From positions 1,311,880-1,375,879 of the forward strand of contig MU058669.1 of NCBI GenBank assembly GCA_013265495.1: DNA of 64,000 bases, given 5' to 3'. Under the pieces are notes generated by a model. It did no database searches, was not told where the DNA came from, and worked only from the letters and a program-made list of their open reading frames with translations. Source of the DNA: Vicugna vicugna (taxonomy: Eukaryota). Both the position numbers and the translations under genes were made by a program. Shown piece after piece: positions 25,913-38,609 of the stretch. Every line of letters begins with the position of its first letter. Within the stretch, counting starts at the first letter, position 1.

Positions 25913-27412
25913 CACACCTGGTACTGTTGAAAAAGCAGCAGTCCTGCACACTGCCCCCAGAAACACAGTGAGCACGCATCACTTTCCACTACGCATCACG
26001 GAATAGCCCCCACTTCTCCATCACTGATGTACAGTCCAACACTTAGTTCTAACACGTCTGGTTGGCAGAGCCCAGGCACCATACTCACATCGTGAACCCA
26101 GAAGAGGCTAGGATTTTAGCTCCTGCGGGGGAACGTAGGCTGGGTTTCCTCAAAAACATGATTCCGTAATATAAGAAGGAGGTTTAGGCACTGAGGACCA
26201 AACCGAAGAACCATATCCCCTTGAGTTCCTACCCTCCAGGAATTTACAGTCTAATTGGAAATAGGAAATAGTGTTTTAAATATGTCAGACGATTGTCACC
26301 TGTAACTATTTTATATTAACAGACATGTAGCCAGCTCACTCCTCTGTGAGTTTACCTAGAAAGTTTACCTGGTAGAAGGGCTTTTGTTAGCTTCTCTTTT
26401 GGGACACCCAAGTCCTTCGTAGTGCCTGTGTCTCCAGAAGCTTGTATTTTCCCATTATTTCTGGGCTCTCCTTATCTGAAATTACTGAGCAGACCAGGGT
26501 GCTGTGATCATCTCTGAGAATAGAAAGCTAAAAATACCTTGGGGAGAGGGCACGCTCCTTCCAGGCTGAACAGGGCCAGCCAGCCTGCAATCCATCTTCT
26601 CTGTCTACCCTCATTTCTACACCTTTGTCTTTCCCGGAGCTTTGGAAGTGATGACAGTGTTTTGCAAGTTTGCCCTCAGACTCTTCTGGCTTATGGATCT
26701 TACTGTTACGTCATGTGCCTCTGTGAAAAGAGGGGATCTCAGTGGTCTGTAAGCTTCCCTCCTACCTGTTGCAGAAATCCCACTGCCTCACCTCAACAAT
26801 TCCCATGAGACTCTAAACTCCGGAAGGTAGGGATTCTAGCTTCGATTCTCATCACTTTAGCCATAGTGATTAGTACCACGCATGGCTCATGAGTGGCACT
26901 CACATATTTGCGGAATGAAGGATCATGCATGGTCAGCTTAAAAAAAAAATCACTTGCAAATGAAGGAAGCTCAACACCCAAGTAGGTGAATCCAGAGAGG
27001 GGATCTTAAGTAGAACATGTAACTCTAAAATCTCAGGGTGCCTTTAGGCACGGGTGGATCCAGGAACTGTCTGCTCTCTTCCCTTGCTAAGTCTTCCCTA
27101 CAAGAGTTCTTGCAGACAGGTCTTTCCTCTCACTTTCCAAACAACTCTGAGAGAAAAAGGTTTTACCCCCATTACTTCCTGAAAATGGTCCAAGACTGAA
27201 TTTAACTGGACAGCTAGATTGCAGGCTGATCCAGGCAGAGAGTCCATAGTGATGGGCTATTGATTGGCTTGGTCTCTGCCACAGATTGATCCTTGGAGTC
27301 CGGGAAAGCCCAGCCAGGTCCTGTGGGCTGGGCATGAAGTAACTGGGGCACCCTAAAGCAGAGCTGCAAAACTGAGGTGTTATTGCCAGTAGACAGGAGA
27401 ACAGATGCTGGA

Positions 27413-27838
27413 TATAGCAAGTTGAATAGTGTCCCCCCCCCCCCAAAGATGTGTCTACCTGGAACCTGGGAATGGGACTTTATTTGGATAAAGGATCTTT
27501 GCATATGTAATTAAGGATCTCAAAATGAGATGCTCTTGAATTAAGGTAGGCCCTAAATCCAGTGACTGGTGTCCTTAGAAGAGAAAGAAGACATGTGGAG
27601 AAGGCAATGTAAAGACGAAGGTACATACTGGAGTGATGTTATCTTCAAGCCAAGAAATCTCAAGGATTGCCAACATTCCTGGAAGCTAGGGGAGAGGCAG
27701 GGAACAAATCCTCACTAAGGGCCTCTAGAAAGATTCAACCCTGCTAACACTTTGACTTTTATACTTCTGGCCCCCAGAATTGTGAGGCTAAATTTCTTCT
27801 ATTTTAAGCCACCAGTTTGGAGTGATTTGGTAAAGCAC
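27413..27838 (+). mobile_element. MLT1B/C-type MaLR LTR
   Basis: TTGAATAGTGTCCCCCC...GGCCCTAAATCCAGTGACTGGTGTCCTT...TTTTAAGCCACCAGTTTG. Confidence 0.8.
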
Positions 27839-28309
27839 ATATGTGGTGTAGGTTAAAAACAAATCAGGTTTGCTGCAATCAGCAAGTATTGGTTATTCTA
27901 ATCTGAGTGTTCCCTGTAAGCCAGGAGCTTGGGTTGAGATTTGTATTGACTTCAGCCAGTGTTTACTTCACTCTCCAATCCATTAGGAACCCAGCTGTGC
28001 TGTCAGCCTGTTTGGGATGTACCTCCTCTAACGGACAATATGGAATTTAAGCACCCCATTGCATCAATTTAAAAATATAACAGAAAGGCCCACAGGATGG
28101 TGCCATGTGCGTGGCAGAAGACACACAGCTGGTGTCCGACAGAATGGGGCCCTGCTGTCCTCTTTGCCACTTGATGTTTCTCAGTCATCTCTTTGGGACT
28201 CTTAAGATGTAGAAGCTTCACCTCTGTACAATGTAAACGGCATGTTCTGGGACGTTGTCAAAGAGTTGTTGTGCAGCAGCTCTTTAGTATAGCATCTTCT
28301 GGGGCTGTG

Positions 28310-28455
28310 GTGATGGGAGAGAGGAGGAGAGAGACAGGCACAGACACGCCGACACACCTTACATACCCACCAACACACACATCACACACACACACAGGAG
28401 AGAGACCAGCACCAGGATTGCTGCTACCTGTAACCCGTGGTGTGAATGTTTGCTG
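28310..28455 (+). other. Candidate alternative first exon of an unidentified host gene (5' boundary uncertain)
   Basis: GA/CA-rich leader ending in a strong donor CTG|GTAAGA at 28455/28456, followed by a T-rich intron start. ATG at 28446 would encode M-F-A in phase 1. Confidence 0.45.
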
Positions 28456-31400
28456 GTAAGATGTTTTTCTTCTATTTTTTTTTTTTTTTGTCTTTTGAGT
28501 TCTTTTTCCTTTTCTTGTGAATAGGAAACATCTAATCCCTTGCTGAGTCTTCCAGGTGTGTTATTTTTCCAGCTCATTGGCTGCATTTGTTCCCCCTACC
28601 CCTTTTACTTTTTCCCCCTGGGCCACAAGCAGCCCTGACAGAAGTGGGGATTCTGGCACGATTTGTTAGAGGCTGACAGCCAACTTGCAGACCAGAGCCC
28701 CAGTGAAATCAGGGCCTGAATGTGCCATGTGGGGCACTCAGCACTGGGGAAAAGGTGGTCACGTGGTGCTGGATTTCAGTTTGTGTTTTTATGAGGGTCA
28801 AGTGGGAAGATGTACTAAAGAATGGGTTTAAAAAAACAAGCATATGTTAGTCATACGCTCATCTTCAGGAGAATACACATGGCTTTCCATTCATCAGGTT
28901 AATATGTTTGATTTGTTTTAGATTCCCTGTAAGAAGGGGAGGGAGGAAAGAAAAAGGATGAAGGAAGGAGGAAAACAAATATCTTTTTTTTTTTTGGTTA
29001 AAATAGAAACAAGCATCAATTGACTTATCCTGCTTTTCAATTAAAGTTAAATCTCAACCCCATTTGCGTGCTATGTGCATGTGTACCAAACACACCCATC
29101 AAGAACTGAGTAATTGGAAAAAATAAACCATCCAAGAGGATATCACGGATGGATGTGTCCGGTTCCATCAAGTACAGAGTCACGAACTCAAAACAAATAA
29201 GCAGATACCTTAAGTCTATAAGCAAAGATCATTTCAGTTGAAAAGTAGCCTCAACTTATTATTTAAGTTTATGTTTTTAAATTTCACTTCCTTGCACTGA
29301 TTTTGAGTAGGGTATGGAGTAGTGTGTTGAGTTGGGCACAAGCCAAAATCACAGTCTAATGGTGATGGGTCTTTGCCTCCAGTGGCTGTTTTAATGCTGA
29401 ATTCTTTACAAAGCTCTCTTTTGTGGATTTTCACCCTTTTCCCTTCTCTTCATTCCATTCTTGATTCACTTTTCTTAACTCTCCTGCCTTCTACTTCTGC
29501 CTTCTGCAAATGTGGCTTCCTTTTATTTATCTATAAAAATTTAATTACTTTTACTGAATAAAGCCAAATATGGGGGACGTTTAGAAGAAAAGATGGTTTT
29601 GTGTACCAGCAAGTCTGAATTGGTGGCTTTTTTTTTTTTTTTTGGCTTGGTCTTTCCTGTTGTATTTTAAAAGAACTTTTAAGTGCCATAATACCTTAAA
29701 CTAGCTGCTTATCCAGCACTGATAAGTCAGACTCTGTGTGGTACTGATTTAATGAAGATTTCAAGTTTTCTCTAATGACAGCTCCCTTTGGCCATAAGGT
29801 GCTAACATACGCTGACTCCTGGGTGGCGGAAGTTCCTGGACATGTTTTCCTGGAGCACACAAGGCAGCAAGCAGCTGAGTGACCTCAGACAAGTCTCTGA
29901 TCCTGCCTGGATCCTTTTCGATTTTCTGGAAAAGCACTACACCAGATGATGGCTAAAATCACTTAGGGCTCAGAACTTCTGTAATTTTGTGACTTGAGTT
30001 ACACCATTGATGATTATAATAATAATAATGGCTCTGATTTATTGAACACTAACTACATTCTGGTCATGGTGCTAAGCATTGGACAGTCCTACTCCATGTG
30101 ATGACCACCTCAATCTCGTAATTAAGACGGTACTACCATTATCCCCATTTTACATGGGAGAAGATCGAGGCTTAGGGACGGCAATGGACAGGTCCTTCTG
30201 GAGTCCATGTTCTTCACAGCTGCACTATATTGTAAGTTTCATTCCAGCTTATGTTCCACTTACCAAATGAGATTGGAATTAATGAGATTTTACCAACCTA
30301 GGGAACATTTCTCCTAATGTCTCCCATCCATCCTGCTAATTGGTCTTATAATTTTAGGCTCAGAGGCTTTCGTTCATCCTGCTTGACTTGGAAGGATGAG
30401 GGATGGAGTAAAGGGCACGGTATACGAAATGCATCTTTTGACCTTTCCCATCAGGACCTTCACTCACAGTTAAATTCCTGTGTGTCAGACAGGAAGGAAC
30501 GCCTACCCTGTTAGACCCTATGACTCACAGGAGCGTTCTCTTGCTCCAAATCCTAAGACGCCTGGATTCCGTCTCTCCAGTGCCTTGGTAAATGAGCAGA
30601 CACACTGACGTCCCGTTTTTGTCTCCTGTTGAGGACTCCCAAGCAGCCATACTTCTGAGCATTTACTTAGTGTGCTTTTGTTTCTTGCAAAATAAAGCGA
30701 TCCATTATTGACCTGTTTTCAGGGAAAAAGAAAGAACCTGCAGGCTGCCCTATTTAAATAGGTGTTTATCTCTTTCATGGTCTCAGGAGCTACTTGCTTT
30801 ATTTCTCTCATTCTTAGCATCTCTCTCTCTACTGCCTCGATTCCCTCCCACTTGCTAGATCCTCTGCTAACATCCTAGAGAGAGCCTTTTCTTTTTTTTA
30901 TTTTATATTCCTGTGGCCCCTAGAGAACTATGCTGCCATTGGAGATGTGTGGGAGCTTATTCCGGGTTTGTGAAGACAGTCAGTAGCCTCCCAGAGGCTT
31001 AATGCAAAGCAGTGGGTGTTGCCTTTCAGGTTTCTTGGTCATGCAGGGTTCTTTGGAGAATTTTTTAAAGAGCTCCTAGGATGGGATCTTTGGATTTTTT
31101 TTTTTTTTAAACAAAGGAAGGAAGGAAGAAAGCCTATAGAGAGTCCTGGAGCCTAAATTAAGCAGGACGAATTGCTGTTACCTTCAATGCCACCCCTTCT
31201 CTTAAGCCCATATTTTCCTTTCCCCTTTTGTGAACCCTCAGCACACGGGAGAAACATTGGCAGTGTCTCTCTGTCACTAGTTTCTCACAGTCTGTTCATT
31301 TTTGCGTTACCTGGGACACTCTAAAAGCACTTTAGGGTCTACAGCGTGGAGGTCAACAACTTTAAAAAAAAAAAAAAGACACTCATTGACTCATTGAGTG

Positions 31401-31729
31401 CCCCTTAGGTAGTCAGGCACTGCACCCAGGTGCTGTATATGCACCGTTTCTTTTAATCCTAGCAGTAACTGTAATAGGTAGTAATAGTCTTATTTCTATT
31501 ACACATATGGGGGAAAGAAACTTAGAGGAACGACTCTGTCCAAGGTCACACCAGGAGCAGTGGAGGAGAAGACAGCAGAACATACGTCTTTGTAATTTTA
31601 CCCCACTGTGTCTGCACCAGTTTAAAGCCAACTGATCTGGTCACTAGATGTCCTGTAGACAATCACTGGGTGAGGAGACAACACTGGTTGGAGCCGTATC
31701 CCCTCCGTAGAGGAGTGAGCATTTTGATG

Positions 31730-32440
31730 CAGCTCACAGAAATTGGTGGGTCATATACTTGGAGCAATTTGTCAATATCTAGTGAAGATGAAACTGTGCA
31801 TACTCTAACACCCAGCTCTTGTACACAAATATCCGAGGGTCTGTCCTAGGAAAGCTAGCATACTATGCGTAAGAAGACATATCCAAGAAGGTCTGTTGCA
31901 TCACGGTTGCCATGGTGAAAACGGGAAACAAATATCTACTAATCAGTGAATGGGTTAATAAGTTGTGGTAATTTCACACGACACAATAATATAAAAAATT
32001 TACAGTGATAATAAATAGTATAAAAATTTACAGCAGATGCATGATAGCCATTTATTCTAAATGACTGTGCATCACTGGAAATAAAACGCAAACCAGATGC
32101 ATTGCAAAAGCAAATGGTAAAAAATGCGACATGAGAAAAACTTTAAAATACACAAAATGTTATACTGAATATGTAGTTTAGGGTTATGCAAACATAACAT
32201 GGGTGGGAGAGATACACGCCTACTTCCGGATAGTGGTTTCCTGCAGGGGGAGAGAAAATGGGGTATGGAGTAATAGAGGGGGAAGAGGTTCCAATATATT
32301 TATGACACACTTTGCTTCAAATAGGAATTTGGAAAAACGTATGGGAAACTGATTATTAAATTCCAGGACATAAGCATGTAATTATCTCTGATTAGTCTTT
32401 GATTCCCTATGCTTTCCTGTGTGTACATTTAGTTCATAAC
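31730..32440 (+). mobile_element. Ancient L1ME-type 3' region
   Basis: TTGGAGCAATTTGTCAATATCTAG..., TGAATGGGTTAATAAGTTGTGGTA and GGATAGTGGTTTCCT motifs. Confidence 0.6.
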
Positions 32441-32699
32441 TAACTATTGTTCAAGAAAGGGAGAAGTGAGAAAAAGCGTCTGAAGGGTGTTTCAGAGGCT
32501 GGCTGGTTTTCACTTCCCCAGGCTCCATGGTGTCTGGGCATTTTCCAGGACACCCCAGGACTGAGCAGATAGCACATGTGAGAGATGGGTCTTGAAAGCT
32601 TCTAGTCATTCCAGATGATCCTTGCAGTCTGTCTGCCCCTCCATGCCAGCCAGGACAGCTCCCCACAGTGGACCTGCTAGTGTTTTTCTTTCTTTCTTT

Positions 32700-32935
32700 C
32701 TTTTTTTTAAAAGCAGTCAGTTACAATGTGTTAATTTCTGGTGCACAGCACAATGTCCCAGTCATGCATATACATACATATATTTGTTTTCATATTCCTT
32801 TTTATTAAAGGTTATTATAAGATGTTGAATATAGTTCCCTGTGCTATACAGAAGAAACTTTTTTAAAATCCATTTTTATATATAGTGGCTAACATTTGCA
32901 AATCTCAAACTCCCAAATCTATCCCTTCCCACCCT
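32700..32935 (-). mobile_element. Camelid L1 3' end, truncated
   Basis: T-rich tail, CAGTTACAATGTG...CCCTGTGCTATACAGAAG...CAAATCTCAAACTCCCAAA. Similar to the copies at 48750 and 55150. Confidence 0.8.
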
Positions 32936-33991
32936 GCGAACGTTCCTCTCATCTTACTTGCAAAGGCAAAGGCTTGTCATTCCTGCAGGGGAGAAAAGTC
33001 AGCTCTGAGTTCATTTCTTTTGCAACCTAGACTAAACATTGTTGCTTCTCCTCTTCTGCTTCCTTGGATTCTGTCTGGAGTGCAGAGGTGGGCCCAGGTC
33101 TCAGGAGAAGGGCACACTTCCCAGGCAGAATCAGGGAGGGGGGCTCTTTCTGCCCACTCACCCGGAAGTTCTCCCAGACCCTTCTGCTGGCAAACCTGCC
33201 AAGCAGTCTGGCCGCCTCCTTCCTGAGCTGCTTCCTGGGCACCTTACTCCAGATTTTTGCTTTATAAAATAGTTCCTCATGTTTTTTCTCATTTTTCTAA
33301 AATACATCTTATGCCCATTCCAGGGGGTGATATCGCCCAGCTGTTCTCAGTAAATGGTCTCTTTCCCGCTCCGCCTCCCCCTCCTGCCCCTTCTCTGCTC
33401 TCCCCAACCCCTCCCACTTTGCTGGCTTCTCCTCCCCCTTCTCTCCCTCCAGAGGCCTGACTGAAGGGCTCCAGCAGCCTGCCACACCTCTAGATTTCCA
33501 CTTAAATGAGCTCATAACATCCACATCAATGAAACCCCATCAGGTTTCCATTCCTTCCAGTTGGAAAAGTTCTAAACATCATAGAGGTTTTGGCTGTGTA
33601 GGAAAGAGCATGCATCCGGGCCCTCTCCGGCCGTGTGTTAATTCTGTGAGCTTGGGCAAATCACAGGAGTTGATTAAGTAAGAGTAATACTCCTTGTCTC
33701 CCTCATCAGAGGAAGGATCAGAGATAATATTGGTCAAACAACCAAGATACATAGGCAGAGAAGAAAAATGTCAGGCGCTGCAGTAACTTCATCGTCAGGC
33801 TGACACGGGCCAAAGACCCAGAGTTGAGGCGTTCACCCCTGAACAGGGCTCAGGGCAATTCACAGCAGCTTCTCTTGTTCTCTTATGTTACGTGTCCTCT
33901 TTTCTGAGGAAGTATGCCGGGTGAGAATTCCAAAGAGGTCTTTTAGTTTCGTACTTACGTATTTGTATATATGTATACATGTGTGTACGTA

Positions 33992-34636
33992 TATGATACA
34001 GGAACAGGGAATGTGGGGGATGAGGAGGGCCATGTCCCAGGTCTCGGCTGAGCCCCTGGGACCTGCCCCACCAAGTGTGAGTCCTTGGCTTCATTTGAAT
34101 TGAGTGAGCCACAGTTGAGTAAAGGTAGATTTATTTAGAGAGATGCACACTGCATAGAGTATAGGCTGTTTCAGAAGGCGAGAGAAAGACTGCCAGGTGC
34201 ACGGTTGGGTGCCCAGTTTAAAGTAAAAGTAGACACACACTCCACAGACAGAGTGCGGGCCATGTCACTCAGGAGGGAGAGCAGCACGAGGCGTGGGGGT
34301 GTTAGTTTTTATGGGCTCGGTAACTTCATTCGCTAACAAGGGGGAGGATTATTCCAACTCCTTTGGGGAAGGAGCTGGGATTCCCAGGAACTGGGCCTCT
34401 GCCCACCTTCTGACTTTTTATGGTTAGCCTTGGAACTGTCATGGCGCCTGTGGGAGTGCCATTTGGCCTGCTGCTATATTACAGTGAGAGTGTATGAAGC
34501 TCAAGGTCTACTAGCAGTCACATCTCCCGCCATCTTGGGCCTCAAGGTCTACTGGGAGTTGAGTCTCCCACTGTCTTGGTGTTAATTGCTGTCATTCCTT
34601 GAATGGCTGTGCCTTGCCACCTTCCTTCCTGTCTCA
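33992..34636 (-). mobile_element. ERV1-like solo LTR (645 bp), same family as 63226-63876
   Basis: TGATACAGG...CCTGTCTCA inverted termini, AATAAA on the - strand, and flanks CGTA/TATA. Confidence 0.85.
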
Positions 34637-34779
34637 TATATACATGTGTACGATACAGTGTATATATACACATACACACATATGCGTGCAATATTTCTTT
34701 CTTTTCTTTGACATAAACAAGGGAGAATTTAGTTTATTCGTGGTAGATGAAGATTTTAGATCAGTGCAAGGAAAACATG

Positions 34780-35170
34780 TCTTCCTAACAAGTTTGTAAG
34801 TGATTCTTTTCTGCTCATTTCCAATTCATGAAGACTTACTCCAGTAATAATCTGTACAACCAAGTGAAAAACAGGCAATAAATGTATAATGCAATTGATT
34901 AAATGAAAAAAGCCGGTCTGTTTGTGGAGCGTGGAGCACAGAGCTGGAGCGGGCGGGATGATGACATGAGAAGCCGGGATGCTGGTCTCCACTGTTCTCC
35001 AGAGGTGGACGGCCGGTGTCTGCAGCTCTGCTGCTCGCATAGCAGATGGTCTCTCAGGAAACCCCGCTGTCGAGACCTCACCGGCTTTAGGTTCAGCCAG
35101 CCATGTCTCCCATGGGTTTTGTTTGTTGCCACGTAGTCTGCTGGGAAGTCCCATGGACTGCAAGTGAGGG
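34780..35170. promoter_or_regulatory. Putative enhancer with an AT-rich homeodomain part and a CpG-rich part
   Basis: GCAATAAA and GCAATTGATTAAAT motifs, about 12 CpG in 34910-35135, E-box CAGATG, and no recognisable repeat. Confidence 0.4.
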
Positions 35171-35919
35171 GTTAGGGGTTTTATTCACAGGTCTGGAACT
35201 ATTTATAGTGTGATTTGATCTTTGCCTTTCTGGGTCTTGGCTTCCCAATTTTGAAAATTTGCTAGAGTGGAGGAAAGTCTTTTTTTTTTTTTGCCTTTTT
35301 TTAAATTATACTGGGGAAAATTGTGGCACTATAATTCATTGTCTGCATTGTCTGTTTTTATGTGTACGTGAGACTTGGTTACACTGCTGCTGGTACTTCC
35401 ATGGGTCCCTCTCCCCCAAACGTTAAGGGGAATCTGAGGCTATTTCATGGGAAGGGAGGACTGGAGAAACTAGAACAGGATCGGTATCCTGTGTATCAAA
35501 CAGGGTTGAAACTGATTTTAGAAAGAAGTTAAACACAGGCCGACAGAGAGGAACCTCAGCTGACAGTGATATTCAGCAGTTTTGGGGCTTGCGGGATCAT
35601 CTTCTAAGTGTGAAAGTTAGAGATGGAGTAGAATATGACATTTTCCAGAAGCTTTCTGTGTGTTACATTGGAGAACTCATTTACTCATCACTGTGAGACT
35701 TGGGTTACTATTGGATAATGTAAATCTTTGGCTGTAAGAAGATGCAGCTTTAAATGAGGTTCTGACCTTCAGAGGGCCACATGAGGCCCTGGGATTTATG
35801 CAGGTTACATTTGCTCAGGTTTCCCCAAGGGAAGCCTGCTGTTAACAGTGGGTCCTTGTAGATCTAAAGGGATTTAAATGTAAAATATCTTTTCCTTCCT
35901 TTACCTTTTATGCAATTAG

Positions 35920-36040
35920 ATGGCAAGAAATTCAGCTTCATCATTTAGAGGGAAATGGAATTAAGGAAAGGAATGTTGAGGACGAGGCTGATCCCTGACT
36001 TAAAAACTGAAAAAGAGAATTACTGGGTCAATTTTCTGAG
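35920..36040 (+). other. Candidate non-coding cassette exon (121 nt)
   Basis: Long pyrimidine tract plus TAG acceptor at 35919, and consensus-like donor GAG|GTGAGT. Stops occur in all three frames. Confidence 0.3.
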
Positions 36041-36845
36041 GTGAGTCAGAGCCAAAAAAAGAAAAGCAAGAATTTTTGACAGAAGTTTTCATGGCTGGTT
36101 TTGGGTAACTTTAGTATGAAGATTTGGGGTTTCGTGAACACATTCACCCCTAGGATTTTTTTGGTTTTAGTTTTTGTTTGCCTAGAAAGATTAACATGAT
36201 ATAGAATATTTAAAACTCAGGCTTTTGATACGAGAGGCCTGGACTTGCTTCGTTGTTTGGCCATTTTACTTAGAAGCTTTTGGTCCAGAGGAAATTTCTT
36301 AGATTCTCTGAGCCTCAATCTCCTCATCTCTAAACTGTGAATCATAATTTGATACCTACCTCATAGAGTATTATCCGAATGTATGTGATAAGCAGGTTGC
36401 TTTTGTTAACACAGACCATATAAGCATTCCATTTGTTTGCTGCTTTTATTATTTTCTGTTGAAAGTTTGTGTGAAAGAGGGAGAATTGTTTTATTGATGT
36501 TTTAATCTGATTTGTCTCTCTGCCTCACTAAGGAGATGTATTTTCCAGCACACCTTGGGCAGTGGGGGCGGCTCAGACGTGTATGGTTACGGCAGTGACT
36601 GGGTAAGGGTCGCTTGGAAAAACGTTTATTTTGAACCCATGTCCTGGACACTGTATTCAGGAGTCAAAAATGAGTGCAGCACGATACACAATTATTTTCT
36701 TAAAGACCTTAAGTTCTAGGGATGAAGGTCAGATCTGTGGCAGGAAATTCAGGGCACAGTGTAGAAGCAAAATAATTTGCAGGATTATTTTAAGAACTAA
36801 ATGAGATAATGTACGTGGGATGCTTTAGAGTACTAAAGAGACCAC

Positions 36846-36902
36846 ATTTCTTTCTCTCTTTCTTTCTTTCTTTCTTTCTTTCTTTTTTTTTTTTTTTTTT
36901 TT
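36846..36902. repeat. (TTTC)n plus poly(T) simple repeat
   Basis: Direct reading. Confidence 0.9.
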
Positions 36903-38360
36903 GCATCCTTGTATACCCAATACCTAGCACATGACCTGGCACCTATGTACCAATGGAACGAATGAATACTGACACTGCGCATGTGCAGATGTTCCTGTTC
37001 TATGCATACCTGCACGGGGGTGCTATAAGCATTTTATCATTTAGTTTAAGGGAATCAGCAAAGAAAGAGATAATATTGACTCAGAGCTGAGGAGGACAAG
37101 TAGGGATTCGTTTAGCAAAAGACAGGATTTTCTCAGCAATAAGAGTGGCGGGTATAAATGCCCCAGGATGAGAGAGAGCTTGGTATGTTGATGGGACGGC
37201 AGAGGGTTTATTCCAGGTGGACAGAGTGAGTGGAAAGTGGGGACGCTGAGTGCTGGTGCTGGGGAGGGAGGGAGGAAGGGATTCCCAAGGGCTTTGTCGG
37301 CCCGTCAAGGAGGGTGGACTTGAATCTGAGGACCAGGGGCCCACTGAGGGTTGTAAGGCTCAGTTTACCTTTTATGTGGCCAGATCATGCTGGCTTCAGT
37401 GTTGAGAAAAAAAACGGGATGGGCAGAGTTGAGAAGAAAGCTTGTTTAGGAATACAAGAGACGGACAGTGATAGTCCCCACTAACTGGTGGGAGGGCAAA
37501 GGGGTGATTGATCTGAGAGACATATTGCATAAACCAGACACGACTCGAAGATCTTCAGATAAATTTACTTATTGCAATTACTATGAAGGATAGATACGTA
37601 CTGTCATTATGCCCAGTTTTCACGTGTGAAAACCAAGCACAGAGGGGCTAAGGAACCTTCCCAGAGCTGCAGCGCTGCTAAGTGGCCAAGCCTAGACGGG
37701 CTTGTGGTAGTGGCCCTGCAGAGTCCATGGTCTTCACGTGAACCAAAGTGTCTCTTGGTAAAAACCCAGAAGGCAGCAGGTCCCAGCTCTACCCTGGATT
37801 CCTCTGCAGTCTGGTGTTTTCTCAAGTCGGGGTTCAGACTCATGATTTCTAACAGTAATAAGTGTCTCTTATAAAGCTTGGCAATTAATGAAGCGTTTAT
37901 ACAGTGGATGATCTCGGGTAGTCTTTACCTGAATTCTGATAATGTAGGTATTGCTCTCCTTAATCTGTAGATAAAGATTGTGAGATTCGGGTAGGTCCTC
38001 TGTCTCCTAGAAAATGCAAATGCAGTCTTATCACTTTGGTCTCAGGACTCCCGTCTCCTAAGAAATGTTGTTTCTACAATAATTTCTCAGTATATGTGTT
38101 CACTTAACCTACAGCCCTGGAAAATGACCTACTCTATGCTGGACATCCTTCTGGAAAAGAAAAACGAGTGTCATTTAATGTAGTCACTAAATGCTCATGA
38201 GGGTGATCATCATGCAAAGAAAGCATTTCTACCCAAAGAGGCATGTGTCATATGGGAGTTCGGCCCAAGGTCTGGTACGATCCAGAGGTTCAGGGAGAGT
38301 ATCAGAACAGGGAGATGCTTGAGAAGGACTTTGAGGGATCAGTAGAAGTTGTCTAGGTAG

Positions 38361-38609
38361 GAACCACAAGGTCCTATTGTAAAGCACAGGGAACTATATT
38401 TAATATCTTGGAACGGCCTATAACGAAAAGAATGTATACATGTATAGCTGAATCACTAAGCTGGACACCAGAAATTAACACAGCATTGTAAATTGACTAT
38501 ATGTCAGTTAAAAAGCAAAAAACAAAGAAATGAAGAAACAAAAACCTGAATGCAGGAACCACTTCAAAATAAATCTAAAAAAATAAAAGAAAATGTTAAG
38601 CCTCAAATA
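38361..38609 (+). mobile_element. Truncated L1 3' end with extra 3' sequence, inserted in an L2
   Basis: CAAGGTCCTATTGTAAAGCACAGGGAACTATATT...TTGTAAATTGACTATA. TSD AAGTTGTCTAGGTAG (38346-38360) vs AAGTTGTCGAGGCAG (38610-38624). Confidence 0.75.

Noticed and set aside
30749..30762. 14-bp palindrome CCTATTTAAATAGG as a MEF2/CArG site
   Set aside because: The spacing fits neither YTA(W)4TAR nor CC(W)6GG, and palindromes this long are expected by chance.
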